A stretch of DNA of 64,000 nt from Candidatus Cloacimonadales bacterium. Its GTDB lineage: Bacteria > Cloacimonadota > Cloacimonadia > Cloacimonadales > JAFGVF01. Below are positions 39,934 to 49,966 of the stretch, one piece after another. The notes beneath the pieces were generated by a model. That model was not told the origin of the DNA, did no database searches, and worked only from the letters and a program-made list of their open reading frames with translations. Where the stretch lies: the NCBI GenBank assembly GCA_963677495.2, contig CAXXOU010000003.1, positions 256,001 to 320,000 of the forward strand, read 5' to 3'. Position 1 is the first letter of the stretch; each line of letters begins with the position of its first letter. Made by a program: the position numbers and the translations under genes.

Positions 39934-40869
39934 ATGCATTTATTTTACAACATTTTGTGGATTGATAACGATATCGAAGACTATATTGAGAGAGATGAAT
40001 TAGATGACATAGAAAAATTTCTTAAAAATCTTGGATTTATTCCACACATCAAGACTGACAATGGTGATAGTGAAATTAACGATCTGTTAGGAATTACAAA
40101 TTATGATTTAATTCTCTCTGATTTCAATTTAAACGAGAAAAAAGGAGATAGTATAGTTAAAGCGATAAGAGAAATGGGAATTCTCACCGAAATCATTTTT
40201 TATTCTGCTAACACTGATTTTAAAAATGATCCTAATATTTTATCTAGCAAAGTTCTTTTTGATAGAGTAAGTTTTCACTATGGTAGAACTACTTTAATGG
40301 AAAAGATTGAAGAGATAATCAAATTAACATTAAGAAAACTACTTGAACTAAATGCAACTCGAGGGCTAATAACATCTGCTACTAGTAGCTTAGATGTAGA
40401 TATTGAGAGTTTTGTGAGGTGCTTGGTTAATAATCATGTAGAACTAACTCAAGAACAGGTCGATAAAATTGTCAACGGTTACATAACTGATTGTTTAGAT
40501 AGAAAATCGGATAAGTTCAGAACTAAATATGAGAAGTTAGGTTTCTTAGATGTATTCTCTTCAATTGAAGCCTATAGAAAATGGAAGATTTTACGAGAAA
40601 TATTGAAACTAAAGCAGGGTGTAGCATACAGCGATGAAGTTGCCGATTTTTTAAAAATCAATAAGAAATATTATGAAGAAGTAATATTTATTAGAAATAG
40701 ATTTGCGCATTCAAAAGAAGTATGTATTGCAGGGGAAAAATGTTTGCAAGGTCAGATTGAAGGAGATCATTTCCAATTTAATGAAGAAACCTGTGTAGAT
40801 ATTCGTAAAAAATTAATAAAGCACATTGAGAGTTTTAATAATCTTAAAAAATATCTAAGCATAGATTGA
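39934..40869 (+). CDS. Response-regulator receiver domain fused to putative HEPN domain
   Basis: Receiver motifs ILWIDND, YDLILSDFNL (phospho-acceptor Asp) and IIFYSA. Helical C-terminus with RNRFAH (RxxxxH). GGAGGT RBS; starts 1 bp after the kinase stop. Confidence 0.8.
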   Translation: MHLFYNILWIDNDIEDYIERDELDDIEKFLKNLGFIPHIKTDNGDSEINDLLGITNYDLILSDFNLNEKKGDSIVKAIREMGILTEIIFYSANTDFKNDPNILSSKVLFDRVSFHYGRTTLMEKIEEIIKLTLRKLLELNATRGLITSATSSLDVDIESFVRCLVNNHVELTQEQVDKIVNGYITDCLDRKSDKFRTKYEKLGFLDVFSSIEAYRKWKILREILKLKQGVAYSDEVADFLKINKKYYEEVIFIRNRFAHSKEVCIAGEKCLQGQIEGDHFQFNEETCVDIRKKLIKHIESFNNLKKYLSID

Positions 40870-40883
40870 TAGGAATTTCAGAT

Positions 40884-40972
40884 ACTCCCTTGTATTATAC
40901 TCCCCTCTCCCTAGCCCTTCCCTTGCGTGGCAAGGGAGACCCAAGAGTAACCCAAGGGAAAGGCAAGGGATG
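40884..40972. repeat. Head-to-head 11-bp CCCTTG/CAAGGG array
   Basis: CTCCCTAGCCC, TTCCCTTGCGT, then GGCAAGGGAGA, CCCAAGAGTAA, CCCAAGGGAAA, GGCAAGGGATG. Confidence 0.75.
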
Positions 40973-41241
40973 ATTATCCATTTTCATGACATTTCTATAA
41001 GTGCTTTTTAGCTGACGAAATAATAGAGGAGCCAAGAGAATAATGCAGGTTTAGCAGGTTTTTATTTACTCTAAAATTGATTTAAACATTATCATTCAGG
41101 TAAAACAACTCAAATTTTCACAAATTCAGGTCATTTTTCACCCAGTATAGTTATAGAGGAAGGTTTATTAGCTAACAGTTAAGAGCCTATAGTCTATAAT
41201 TAAAATTGAAATCCCTATTTTTGGGGGATATGGAGGAAACA

Positions 41242-41694
41242 ATGAAAGTTAATTTAGATTTGATTGGAAAAGCATTGATTGGAAGGATTGGGAAGCTTGT
41301 CTTTTATCGATTCAAGAAATCAAATGTGCTTATTGCACGAGCTTATAAGAAACCCCGTTTGACTCAGAACAACTTCGATTTGCGCACTAAAGCAAAAAAT
41401 CTCGGCGTATTCTATCACAATGTATCAGATGGTTACAAACGAGACTTACGAAACTATGCGACCAACCTGAACAATGAAACAATCGGTGATAGCTGTATCT
41501 ACAATATGTACAATGTGTTTATTAAGATGATGTATGGATTGAAACGAATTTATCCTGAAGTGGATTTGAAAACTATTACACCCGAGATTGTTATTGAAGA
41601 AGGCTATCCGGTTGATACGATCTCGCATGCTGTGGATGCGTGTACATTACCTGAAGTAAAGTTTTCAAATGAGTTTACTAATCCGATAATATGA
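41242..41694 (+). CDS. Small hypothetical protein, paralogue of 35415-35876 (possibly DUF6266-like)
   Basis: GGAGG RBS before MKVN...GRIGKLVFY...IARAY. Motifs shared with 35415-35876. Confidence 0.85.
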   Translation: MKVNLDLIGKALIGRIGKLVFYRFKKSNVLIARAYKKPRLTQNNFDLRTKAKNLGVFYHNVSDGYKRDLRNYATNLNNETIGDSCIYNMYNVFIKMMYGLKRIYPEVDLKTITPEIVIEEGYPVDTISHAVDACTLPEVKFSNEFTNPII

Positions 41695-41695
41695 A

Positions 41696-41724
41696 CTCCT
41701 CCCCTTCTTTCAAAGAGGAGGAGA
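41696..41724. terminator. Hairpin between convergent genes
   Basis: CTCCTCCCCTT-CTTTC-AAAGAGGAGGAG. Confidence 0.55.
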
Positions 41725-41730
41725 TTTGTG

Positions 41731-42318
41731 TTAGTCGTATTCTTTGATTATAAGTTCGTTTTCTTTATCCAAATTGGGTTTATAAGACAATCGCGAGTTT
41801 AGAATCAAAGTGGTTTCCAAGTATTGATTAAAGATGGGTGATTCGCTTTTGAATTGTTTCATTGCATACCTAATCCCATCTAGTACACTTCTGCAACTTG
41901 GATTAATGAAGCTTTGGGGTTGATTGTAGCTGTCATCATTTATCATTTTCTCAATTCTTTTGAGCTTGTCATGATAATATTTTGTTTGAACCGGATCACT
42001 GCGTTCGATAGCAGCTCTCCATTCATCATAACATCTCTTATAATCAGCTACAAGATTAATTAATCTGTTTGTGCTATTTCTAGGTTCAGACTCTTGAAAT
42101 CCTGTACCCGAAAACAGAATGTCTAAATCTTTGTTTGGTATTGACTTTTTGTTGGGGAAGTAATTTAGTACATAATACAAGCATGACGCATATATTGATT
42201 GATATGGATGAAAAAGTAACTCGATTATATACATGATACCCATTGTTATTTTGATGATGCTTACATGATCAGTTATGATCTTAACATATCCATCGTGTAT
42301 GCTAATTGTAATCAACAT
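41731..42318 (-). CDS. Hypothetical protein (possible regulator-associated helical domain)
   Basis: GGAGGA RBS before ATG 42318. G..YI..LL.HP...I and R.V...IRYA......P....L......SY.P pattern. Confidence 0.65.
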   Translation of the reverse strand: MLITISIHDGYVKIITDHVSIIKITMGIMYIIELLFHPYQSIYASCLYYVLNYFPNKKSIPNKDLDILFSGTGFQESEPRNSTNRLINLVADYKRCYDEWRAAIERSDPVQTKYYHDKLKRIEKMINDDSYNQPQSFINPSCRSVLDGIRYAMKQFKSESPIFNQYLETTLILNSRLSYKPNLDKENELIIKEYD

Positions 42319-43054
42319 AATATCCTCCAAGACGAATCAAAGGGTTTCTAGTCTTGGTAAACGGTATTGTTATCGTTTGCCCTTGATTACGATGTTAACC
42401 ATTCCCCACGGGATGGGGAGACCTTTTACGTAAAGATGTCCTAAGTAGTAGGACTAAGGTCAGAGCAAGAATTCATAGAACCTCCATTATTAGTGCAAGT
42501 CCATTTTTATTCACATTAGAATTATGTCAAGCATAGATATTAATAATATTATTTAAATGATAGATAGTTAATATTGTGTAACTATTGCAGGCAATAATTG
42601 TTGATAACACCAACTGAATTAGATTCAATATTAATACTTCTTAAATATACGTGAAACAAACGTATACTTTGTCAACAATTCCTATTGCATAATACTAACA
42701 ATGTTAACAGTATAATTGTGTAAAATTATTCAAATGAAACTAAATCTTAATTGATTATAAGCGGAGATTGCTTGCCTTGTGAAAATATTATATATGTTTG
42801 GAATTTCTTTTGCATATTAAATTTGCATAGGAATTCTAAAAGGAGGTAACTATGAGATTCCATAATAACTTCACTTAACTGCAAGAAATATAGTACTTTG
42901 TAGGGATTACAGACATGTTAACAGTAGAACTAAATAATAATTACATAAACTTGAAACATCGTAGTTTAATTATTACTTAATTTTATAAGTAATAGGCATT
43001 CTAAAAATAGATAGCAGATATGCTGTCACAAATTCATATTATTAGGGAATAATA

Positions 43055-45572
43055 ATGAAAAACATTAAGAGATTACTTGTACTCACTATGCTGCTCTCAC
43101 TAAGCGTTCTCTGCTTTGGTACTGATTATTATGTAGATGTAAACAATGGAAGTAACGGGAACTCCGGTTTAATTGGATATCCTGTTGCATCTATCAATTA
43201 TGCACTTGACAACTTGGTATCTAACGGAGATGTTATATATGTTGCCAACGGTGAATATACAGAGAATGTATCACTAAACAATACAAATGATATTTATAAC
43301 ATATCGATTATTGGTAATACTAATGACCCAAGTCAATGTGCTCTTGAACCAACTACGGGATATGGATTCTATATAGTTAACTCAGATCATGCCTTGAATG
43401 TAAAAATTGAAGGTTTCACTGTAAACACAGTATCATGCCCAATATATTATTCAGGTAGCTACTCAAACGCCACTTATGAATATCTAACAATTAAATCATG
43501 TAATTTCAGTTCATCTAATCGCATTCTTGCATCGTCCAATGGTAACTTCTTAGTATATTCAATGTACTATTGTGACTTTGATTATGATGGTACACAGCTT
43601 GATGCGCTGATGATTAGTGCTAATTCAGTAAATATTACCATAGACGACTGCGATATAGACTCTGAGTATGGTATTATGTATTGCCCTGAGCGAGCAGATG
43701 TACTGTCAGGATCAAGTGTAAAAATTACAAATAGCACATTTGCATGGCAGAGAAAAATCTCGGCATTTGAACTTCGTACAGATTCAAATTCTAAAAACAC
43801 TTGTGTTTACGGGTAACATTATTACCGAATCCAATCATACAGCTGCAAATGATTTGATGATATTTGAACTAGAGCATAACATTCATTCTACTAAGTTCTC
43901 AAACAATACATTTGATAAGAATAGCACACGCTCAGTTGACATTTTCAGAAAAGATGGGAATGCTACTGTAATATTATCAAGCTTCTATAATAACATACTG
44001 AATGAAATAGATGATATGGCTACATCAGGTGTTGTTGGATGGGGCACAATGTCAAACGGAAGAGATTGTATTCCAATTCATAACTGTATTAGCTCAAGCT
44101 TAGATACGGTTCTAGATGGCTATACAAGCCTTCCTGATTATGATACAGATGATTACAAGAACCTGATACAATCTCCATATTATGTAACTGGAAGTTACGC
44201 TCTCGATTGGACAACTGAGGGTCCTGAACTTATTGGAGCAGGTTACGACCCGGATATGGATAATACTAGTCAAAATGATATCAACCAGGCTCTAAGAGAC
44301 CAATTTGATGAAACAGCTGATATTGGTGCTGTTGCCTATGATGATGATAGGTTTGTAACTTATAGTTTCGCTGCCGTACCAACAATCAACTGGAAATCAT
44401 TCCCAATTCTTGATAAAACTACAGAGATGGCAATCAATGGAACTGACTATGCAATGAATGTTCCCGGAGCATTTTTCGATGAATTTACTGGATTGAACTC
44501 TGACATGGTTTGGGCTGAGTTTCAGGATGAAGGTACTTCAGGTTATACATCAGTATTTCATTATCCTAACACTCCATTGTTAACATATCATATTGATAAT
44601 GAGTATGGTAGTAAACTGAAATTTGACAACGTAGCATCAATGGATGCACATGGAATCACAATTGAAGAGGATCATGTGATTGATGTACCATTTGGTGATG
44701 AAGCAACTTGGGTTGGTTACTTCCTTGAAGATGATCAATTACCTACTGATGCCTTTGGTGAATATATGGATGAAGTGTATTATATTCAAGCTCATAACTG
44801 GACAATGGCTAGACAATTCCCTGTAAGGGGTTCTGCTTGGTCAAATGGAAGAGTTTCAGAAATCAAATATGGAGATATGGTCATTATCAAAAGATTTGAT
44901 GATGTTCAAGCGATTGATAGTTATGCATGGGATCCCGCTACATCTAAGTCAAATACTCCTGACACAGAAATACCTGAGCCTGTACATTTCCAATTTGTAG
45001 AGGAAGCAAACTACTACCCAATCTTTGTTGAAACAGGTGTCGATACTGAGCTTCAAGAGATAGCTGTTTATGTAAATGGAGAATGCCGTGGAGCAGGAGT
45101 TGTTTATAGCGAAGGTTCAACAATGGTTCCATTGTACTATGATAATAGTGAATCAATTGATGAAAACACTCAATTCAACCTTATCGGATGGGCAGGAGAT
45201 GCCAAGTCAAATGTAGAGATTGAACAGATGTTTGGTGAACAACATGGATATTCATTCTATTCAATGGTAGAAGAAGCTGATTCTCCTGAAGTATCAGGAA
45301 GATATACAATATCTAATTACCCTAATCCATTCAATCCAACAACAATCATTAGCTTCTCAATTCCTAAAGATGAGAATGTGGAGATATCCGTGTTTAACAT
45401 CAAGGGACAGAAAGTTAAGACAGTTGTAAACGATAACTATACAACCGGAAGTCATAAGGTAGTATGGGATGGTACAGATGAAAATAATAAGTCAGTAACA
45501 TCAGGCATCTACTTCTACAAACTAAAAACATCATCAAAAACATTGACTAACAAAATGATCTTGATGAAATAA
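43055..45572 (+). pseudogene. Frameshifted secreted beta-helix protein with CTD
   Basis: ORF 43055-43816 has the signal peptide and YYVD..NG..G.G N-terminus. ORF 43740-45572 has the CTD but no signal peptide. Removing one A in AAAAA (43793-43797) joins them as ...DSNSKTLVFTGN... Confidence 0.8.
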
Positions 45573-45642
45573 AGATAATATGGAGTGCATTGACTGTATC
45601 AATGCTGCAGTTGATGCACTCTTATTTATTTACAATGTGTTT

Positions 45643-45696
45643 GGAACGCAGGCTTCTTGCCTGCATTGAGTTGCGGACAGAGATGTCCTCGTTCCC
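45643..45696. repeat. REP-like inverted doublet
   Basis: GGAACGCAGGCTTCTTGCCTGCA ... TGCGGACAGAGATGTCCTCGTTCC: two hairpins in inverted orientation. Confidence 0.55.
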
Positions 45697-45734
45697 GGTA
45701 ATAACAACACTGTTATTGTACAAAAGGATATACT

Positions 45735-48125
45735 ATGAAACAGATATTATTTTTACTATGTTTACTACCACTTACCCTTATTGCTTCCATTATTAATATA
45801 CCGGCAGACTATATCACAATCCAAGAGGGTATTGATGTCGCAGTTGAAGGTGATTCTGTGCTTGTGCATCCCGGGACTTATCTGGAAAACTTAGATATGA
45901 GTAACAAATCAGGAATAACTCTTTGCTCTTTAGAAGCCACGACAGGAGATACTACTTACATTAGTACAACTATAATAGATGGAAGTTTGAATGAAACATC
46001 TACAATTCTCTGCTATGAGAATGTAGAAGAGTGCGTTATTAGAGGAATATCAATAACAGGGGGTAAGGGATATATCTATCATAGCAATGATGATACTAAT
46101 GATTGGCAAGTATTTGGTGGGGGAATCCTCATTTTCGAAAATTGTGAGATTAGTTTAATCAATTTAAAGATTTTTGATAATAGAGCATCCCAAGGTGGTG
46201 GTATATGTTTCGGTTATGAAGATGTTTTATGTACAATGTCTAATGTAAACATTTTTAACAATATTGGAAGATTCTTGGGAGGAGGGGTGTGCTTCTCAAG
46301 CTCAAACTCTGAGCATTCTGAAGTGACATTTGACCAGATTAACAGATGCAGTATATACAACAACTATAGCCCACAAGGAATGGATATTGGTTGGAGCTTT
46401 AATAGAGGATTTTCAATTGATATATACTTGGATATGTTTACCTGGTATGAGCCAAATAGATATTTTGTAAACAACTACGATTATTATTATCTCGAGATAG
46501 ATGATATATATCCTGTTTTTGATTTCCAGCAAAGCTATCTTACACCAACGGACACCGATTATTATGTTTCAATGACCGGAGATGATAACAATACAGGACT
46601 AACTCCTGATGATCCTTTTAGAACAACCTGGAAAGCGTTTCAACAACTAGAACCTTCACCCGATAATCCTCGTACTGTTCATCTGCTTGAGGGAGATTTT
46701 CATGAGATGATAAACGGGCATCCTGTATCTATTGTACTCAAAGATAATACAAGATTGCAGGGAGTTTCACCTGAGGAAACAAGAGTTCTGGCAGAGAATA
46801 TGGTTGATACTCCGGTATCTGGTGCAATCTCTATGGGAAACTATCAAGACAATATGATTGTAAAAGACCTAAGCATAACTGCAATCAACACCCCTGCAAT
46901 GGGTTCTTACACACTGTACAACTCAACTGTTGAGAATATTGAAGTATATGATTGCGATATAGAGTTTGGAGTATTCAAGTTTAATAGTCATACTACAGAC
47001 TTACTAATCAAAGATGTAATATTCCATGACAACACTGCAAGGTGGGGTATAATTCTATATACTTATATGAGAAGTATATCACTTGATAATGTTCTAATGT
47101 ATGATAATATTGCAGGTACAGATGTCAGTGATCAAACAACATCTGAATGCGGTATGTATGACTTATATGCAATTCAATCTATTACTATCAAAAACTCTAC
47201 ATTTATAAATAATTATCACTATACTGATGATGTTGGTTGGGCGACATTTAGACACTTAAGAATCAATAGCTCACCCACATTACTTATAGAGAATTCGTTA
47301 TATGCAAACAATATAACTGCGGGGAACGCAAAAACTTTTAAGGTATCTGATGATTTTAGTGAAGTAGTAATAGCAAATAATACTTTTGCAAACAATGAAG
47401 GAGTGTATACTTGTTTTATGTCTGTGAGAAGTCAATTAGACTGCTATAACAACATATTCGCTAACAACACAGGTTATTGGTATCAAATTGCTTCACAAGG
47501 TGGTTCTAATATTGATAACTGCCTATTCACTGAAACTGAGGATATCCAATCAGTATTGGAAGGAAATCCAAACAACTTTGGAAGCAACAACTTGATAGGT
47601 ACAGATCCATTATTTGTTGGTGGAGATCCAGCCTTCCCGGAATACTACTACCTATCGGGAGATGATACAAACTCGGGACCTTCACCTGCGATTGATGCCG
47701 GGACAACTGATTTAACTCTGTTCCCTACAAATTATTCATTCCCTGACAGAGACCTTGCTAACCAGAGAAGAATCTATGGAGATGATATCGATATAGGTTG
47801 TTATGAGTTCCCCGGATTTACACACGACACAGATGACACACCAAGCTATACATCCTATAGCTTATCGAACTACCCTAACCCATTTAATCCAACTACAACG
47901 ATAAACTATAGTATCCCCAGAAGAAGGAATATCGAGTTAGCAGTATTCAACGTGAAAGGTCAACGAATCAAGACTCTCATTAACGATGTAATGCCATCCG
48001 GTGAACATAGTGTTATCTGGGATGGTGATAATGATAATGGAGTTAAAGTAGCTTCAGGGATATATTTCTATAAACTACAGGCAGGGACTTATACAAAGAC
48101 CAAGAAGATGATATTGATGAAATAA
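45735..48125 (+). CDS. Secreted parallel beta-helix (DUF1565-like) protein with CTD
   Basis: IPADY.TIQEGID....GDSVLVHPGTY.EN, GDD.N.GLTPDDPF.T, SPAIDAG and IDIGCYE motifs, plus CTD. Confidence 0.85.
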   Translation: MKQILFLLCLLPLTLIASIINIPADYITIQEGIDVAVEGDSVLVHPGTYLENLDMSNKSGITLCSLEATTGDTTYISTTIIDGSLNETSTILCYENVEECVIRGISITGGKGYIYHSNDDTNDWQVFGGGILIFENCEISLINLKIFDNRASQGGGICFGYEDVLCTMSNVNIFNNIGRFLGGGVCFSSSNSEHSEVTFDQINRCSIYNNYSPQGMDIGWSFNRGFSIDIYLDMFTWYEPNRYFVNNYDYYYLEIDDIYPVFDFQQSYLTPTDTDYYVSMTGDDNNTGLTPDDPFRTTWKAFQQLEPSPDNPRTVHLLEGDFHEMINGHPVSIVLKDNTRLQGVSPEETRVLAENMVDTPVSGAISMGNYQDNMIVKDLSITAINTPAMGSYTLYNSTVENIEVYDCDIEFGVFKFNSHTTDLLIKDVIFHDNTARWGIILYTYMRSISLDNVLMYDNIAGTDVSDQTTSECGMYDLYAIQSITIKNSTFINNYHYTDDVGWATFRHLRINSSPTLLIENSLYANNITAGNAKTFKVSDDFSEVVIANNTFANNEGVYTCFMSVRSQLDCYNNIFANNTGYWYQIASQGGSNIDNCLFTETEDIQSVLEGNPNNFGSNNLIGTDPLFVGGDPAFPEYYYLSGDDTNSGPSPAIDAGTTDLTLFPTNYSFPDRDLANQRRIYGDDIDIGCYEFPGFTHDTDDTPSYTSYSLSNYPNPFNPTTTINYSIPRRRNIELAVFNVKGQRIKTLINDVMPSGEHSVIWDGDNDNGVKVASGIYFYKLQAGTYTKTKKMILMK

Positions 48126-48131
48126 AGAGTA

Positions 48132-48156
48132 ATAGGGGCAGTAATACTGCCCCTAT
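48132..48156 (+). terminator. Hairpin terminator
   Basis: ATAGGGGCAGTA-A-TACTGCCCCTAT. Confidence 0.7.
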
Positions 48157-48161
48157 ATCCA

Positions 48162-48277
48162 AACACCCCGTCGCTATGCGCCACCCCTCTTTAGAGGGGA
48201 ATGAACGCCCCAGAGAGTAGTTTTACGTAACTCAGCTGTCTTGGCTGAGAAACCAACGACCCGGAGTGACGTTTTAC
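48162..48277. repeat. REP-like composite palindromic repeat
   Basis: AACACCCCGTCGCTATGCGCCACCCCTCTTTAGAGGGGAAT...AACGACCCGGAGTGACGTTTTAC. Inverted homolog of 35915-36035. Confidence 0.8.
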
Positions 48278-48287
48278 AGGAGGTATT

Positions 48288-49958
48288 ATGAAATTATATT
48301 TATTTTATTTTATGTTAATGGTTATACCATTCTCTGTTTTTGCAGATGGAGTACAACCATTAGGAGCAGGAACAGAAGAAGCTCCTTATCAAGTAGCAAC
48401 ACTCGATAATTTGCTTTGGGTTAGTACAAATGATAGTTCGTGGGACTCTTACTTTATCCAGACTGCTGATATTGATGCCAGCGATACCCAGAATTGGAAT
48501 GGTGGTACAGGATTCAGTCCTTTAGGAATAATCCAAACAGATCAGGATGGGAATGGTGTAGCTACAATCCCTTTTACCGGTAGTTATGACGGTAATGGAT
48601 TCGAGATAAGCTCTGTTTACATTGATAGGGCTTCAGATTATGAATGGAATTCTCGGGTTGGATTCTTTGGTTATACTTACTTAGCAGATATCAAGAACCT
48701 AAGTTTGGTTAATGTTGATGTTAGCGGATATTGGGCAGTAGGTTGTCTTATTGGTGAGAACTATTATACTGAAGTTGAGAATTGTACTGTTTCCGGAGAT
48801 GTTGCAGGTAGTTATTTCACAGGAGGAATGCTTGGTTACAGTTATTTCCTTTCAATTGATAATTGTACTAATGAAGCCATGGTAAATGGTGATACAAGTA
48901 CGGGTGGAATTACTGGTATATCTCAAGAAGGATTAATATCAAATTGTTATAATTATGGTGCGATACAAGGTGATACTAAAGTGGGAGGAATAGTCGGCAC
49001 ATGCTCAAGTTCATACCTAAGCGAATGCTCAAGTGATGCTGATATTGAAGGTGGGGATGATGTTGTTGGAGGTGTTATAGGGCAAGCATCAGAATGCTAT
49101 TTGTTACAATGTAGTAATTATGGTGAAGTATCTTCTTATAATCAAGACTGCGGAGGTGTAATAGCAGTAGCTCTATACTGTGAATTAGATAAATGCTCTA
49201 ATAGTGGTCTTGTAAGTAGCCAGGAACTTGTTGGTGGATTGATTGGAGCAATCCAGCACACTGTAATCAATAACTGTTATAACGTTGGAGAGGTGCAAGG
49301 AAACACTCTTGTAGGTGGTTTAATAGCAATAGCAGCTCAAGGTGAGGTTAATTTCTGTTATAATGCCGGTGTACTTGTATATAATTCGCAGGCCGGAGGA
49401 TTGGTAGCAGATGTTCAAAGTGCATTGTTTAGTATAAATAACTCATTCTGGGATAGTGAAGTATCATACCCTGATACAGGTTCTGAAGGTATGGGTATAT
49501 TTACTCATTGGCTTCAAAACGCTCAATATCTTCAAACTAATGGTTGGGATTTTGTGGGAGAGAGTATTAATGGTACTGATGACTTCTGGAGTATAGACAG
49601 TTCTCAGAACTCAGGATATCCAATATTATCTGCTGAACCTCCACTTCCTAACATTGAAGATGAACAGGAGCAAGTTAGACAGTTATCACAAATTAACGGC
49701 AATTACCCAAACCCATTTAATCCTGTTACTACGATAAAATTCAGTCAAGCCGAGAGCGGAGATGTAGATTTGACTATATACAATCTTAGAGGACAAAGAG
49801 TTAGGACACTCCTAAACAAAACGATGTCAAAAGGTGACCATTCAGTTGTTTGGAATGGAACAGACGATAGAGATCAATACGTAAGTTCCGGTGTATACCT
49901 AATAAAACTTAATACTAACCGTAACACTGATACAACAAAGTGTATCTTGATGAAGTAG
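48288..49958 (+). CDS. GLUG-motif repeat secreted protein with CTD
   Basis: G.GT.E.PYQ, QTADIDAS, FTGSYDGNG, repeated VGGLIG...I.NCY..G.V, WDF.....G.DD.W, and CTD. Confidence 0.85.
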   Translation: MKLYLFYFMLMVIPFSVFADGVQPLGAGTEEAPYQVATLDNLLWVSTNDSSWDSYFIQTADIDASDTQNWNGGTGFSPLGIIQTDQDGNGVATIPFTGSYDGNGFEISSVYIDRASDYEWNSRVGFFGYTYLADIKNLSLVNVDVSGYWAVGCLIGENYYTEVENCTVSGDVAGSYFTGGMLGYSYFLSIDNCTNEAMVNGDTSTGGITGISQEGLISNCYNYGAIQGDTKVGGIVGTCSSSYLSECSSDADIEGGDDVVGGVIGQASECYLLQCSNYGEVSSYNQDCGGVIAVALYCELDKCSNSGLVSSQELVGGLIGAIQHTVINNCYNVGEVQGNTLVGGLIAIAAQGEVNFCYNAGVLVYNSQAGGLVADVQSALFSINNSFWDSEVSYPDTGSEGMGIFTHWLQNAQYLQTNGWDFVGESINGTDDFWSIDSSQNSGYPILSAEPPLPNIEDEQEQVRQLSQINGNYPNPFNPVTTIKFSQAESGDVDLTIYNLRGQRVRTLLNKTMSKGDHSVVWNGTDDRDQYVSSGVYLIKLNTNRNTDTTKCILMK

Positions 49959-49966
49959 GAGGAGAA

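Noticed and set aside
33571..42318. Prophage or integrative element
   Set aside because: No integrase, transposase, phage or conjugation genes, and no att-like direct repeats identified. Treated only as an accessory island.
42355..42390. c-di-GMP-I riboswitch (minus-strand GGGCAAAC)
   Set aside because: The GNRA-capped P2 stem and the downstream GACGCAAAGC segment are missing.
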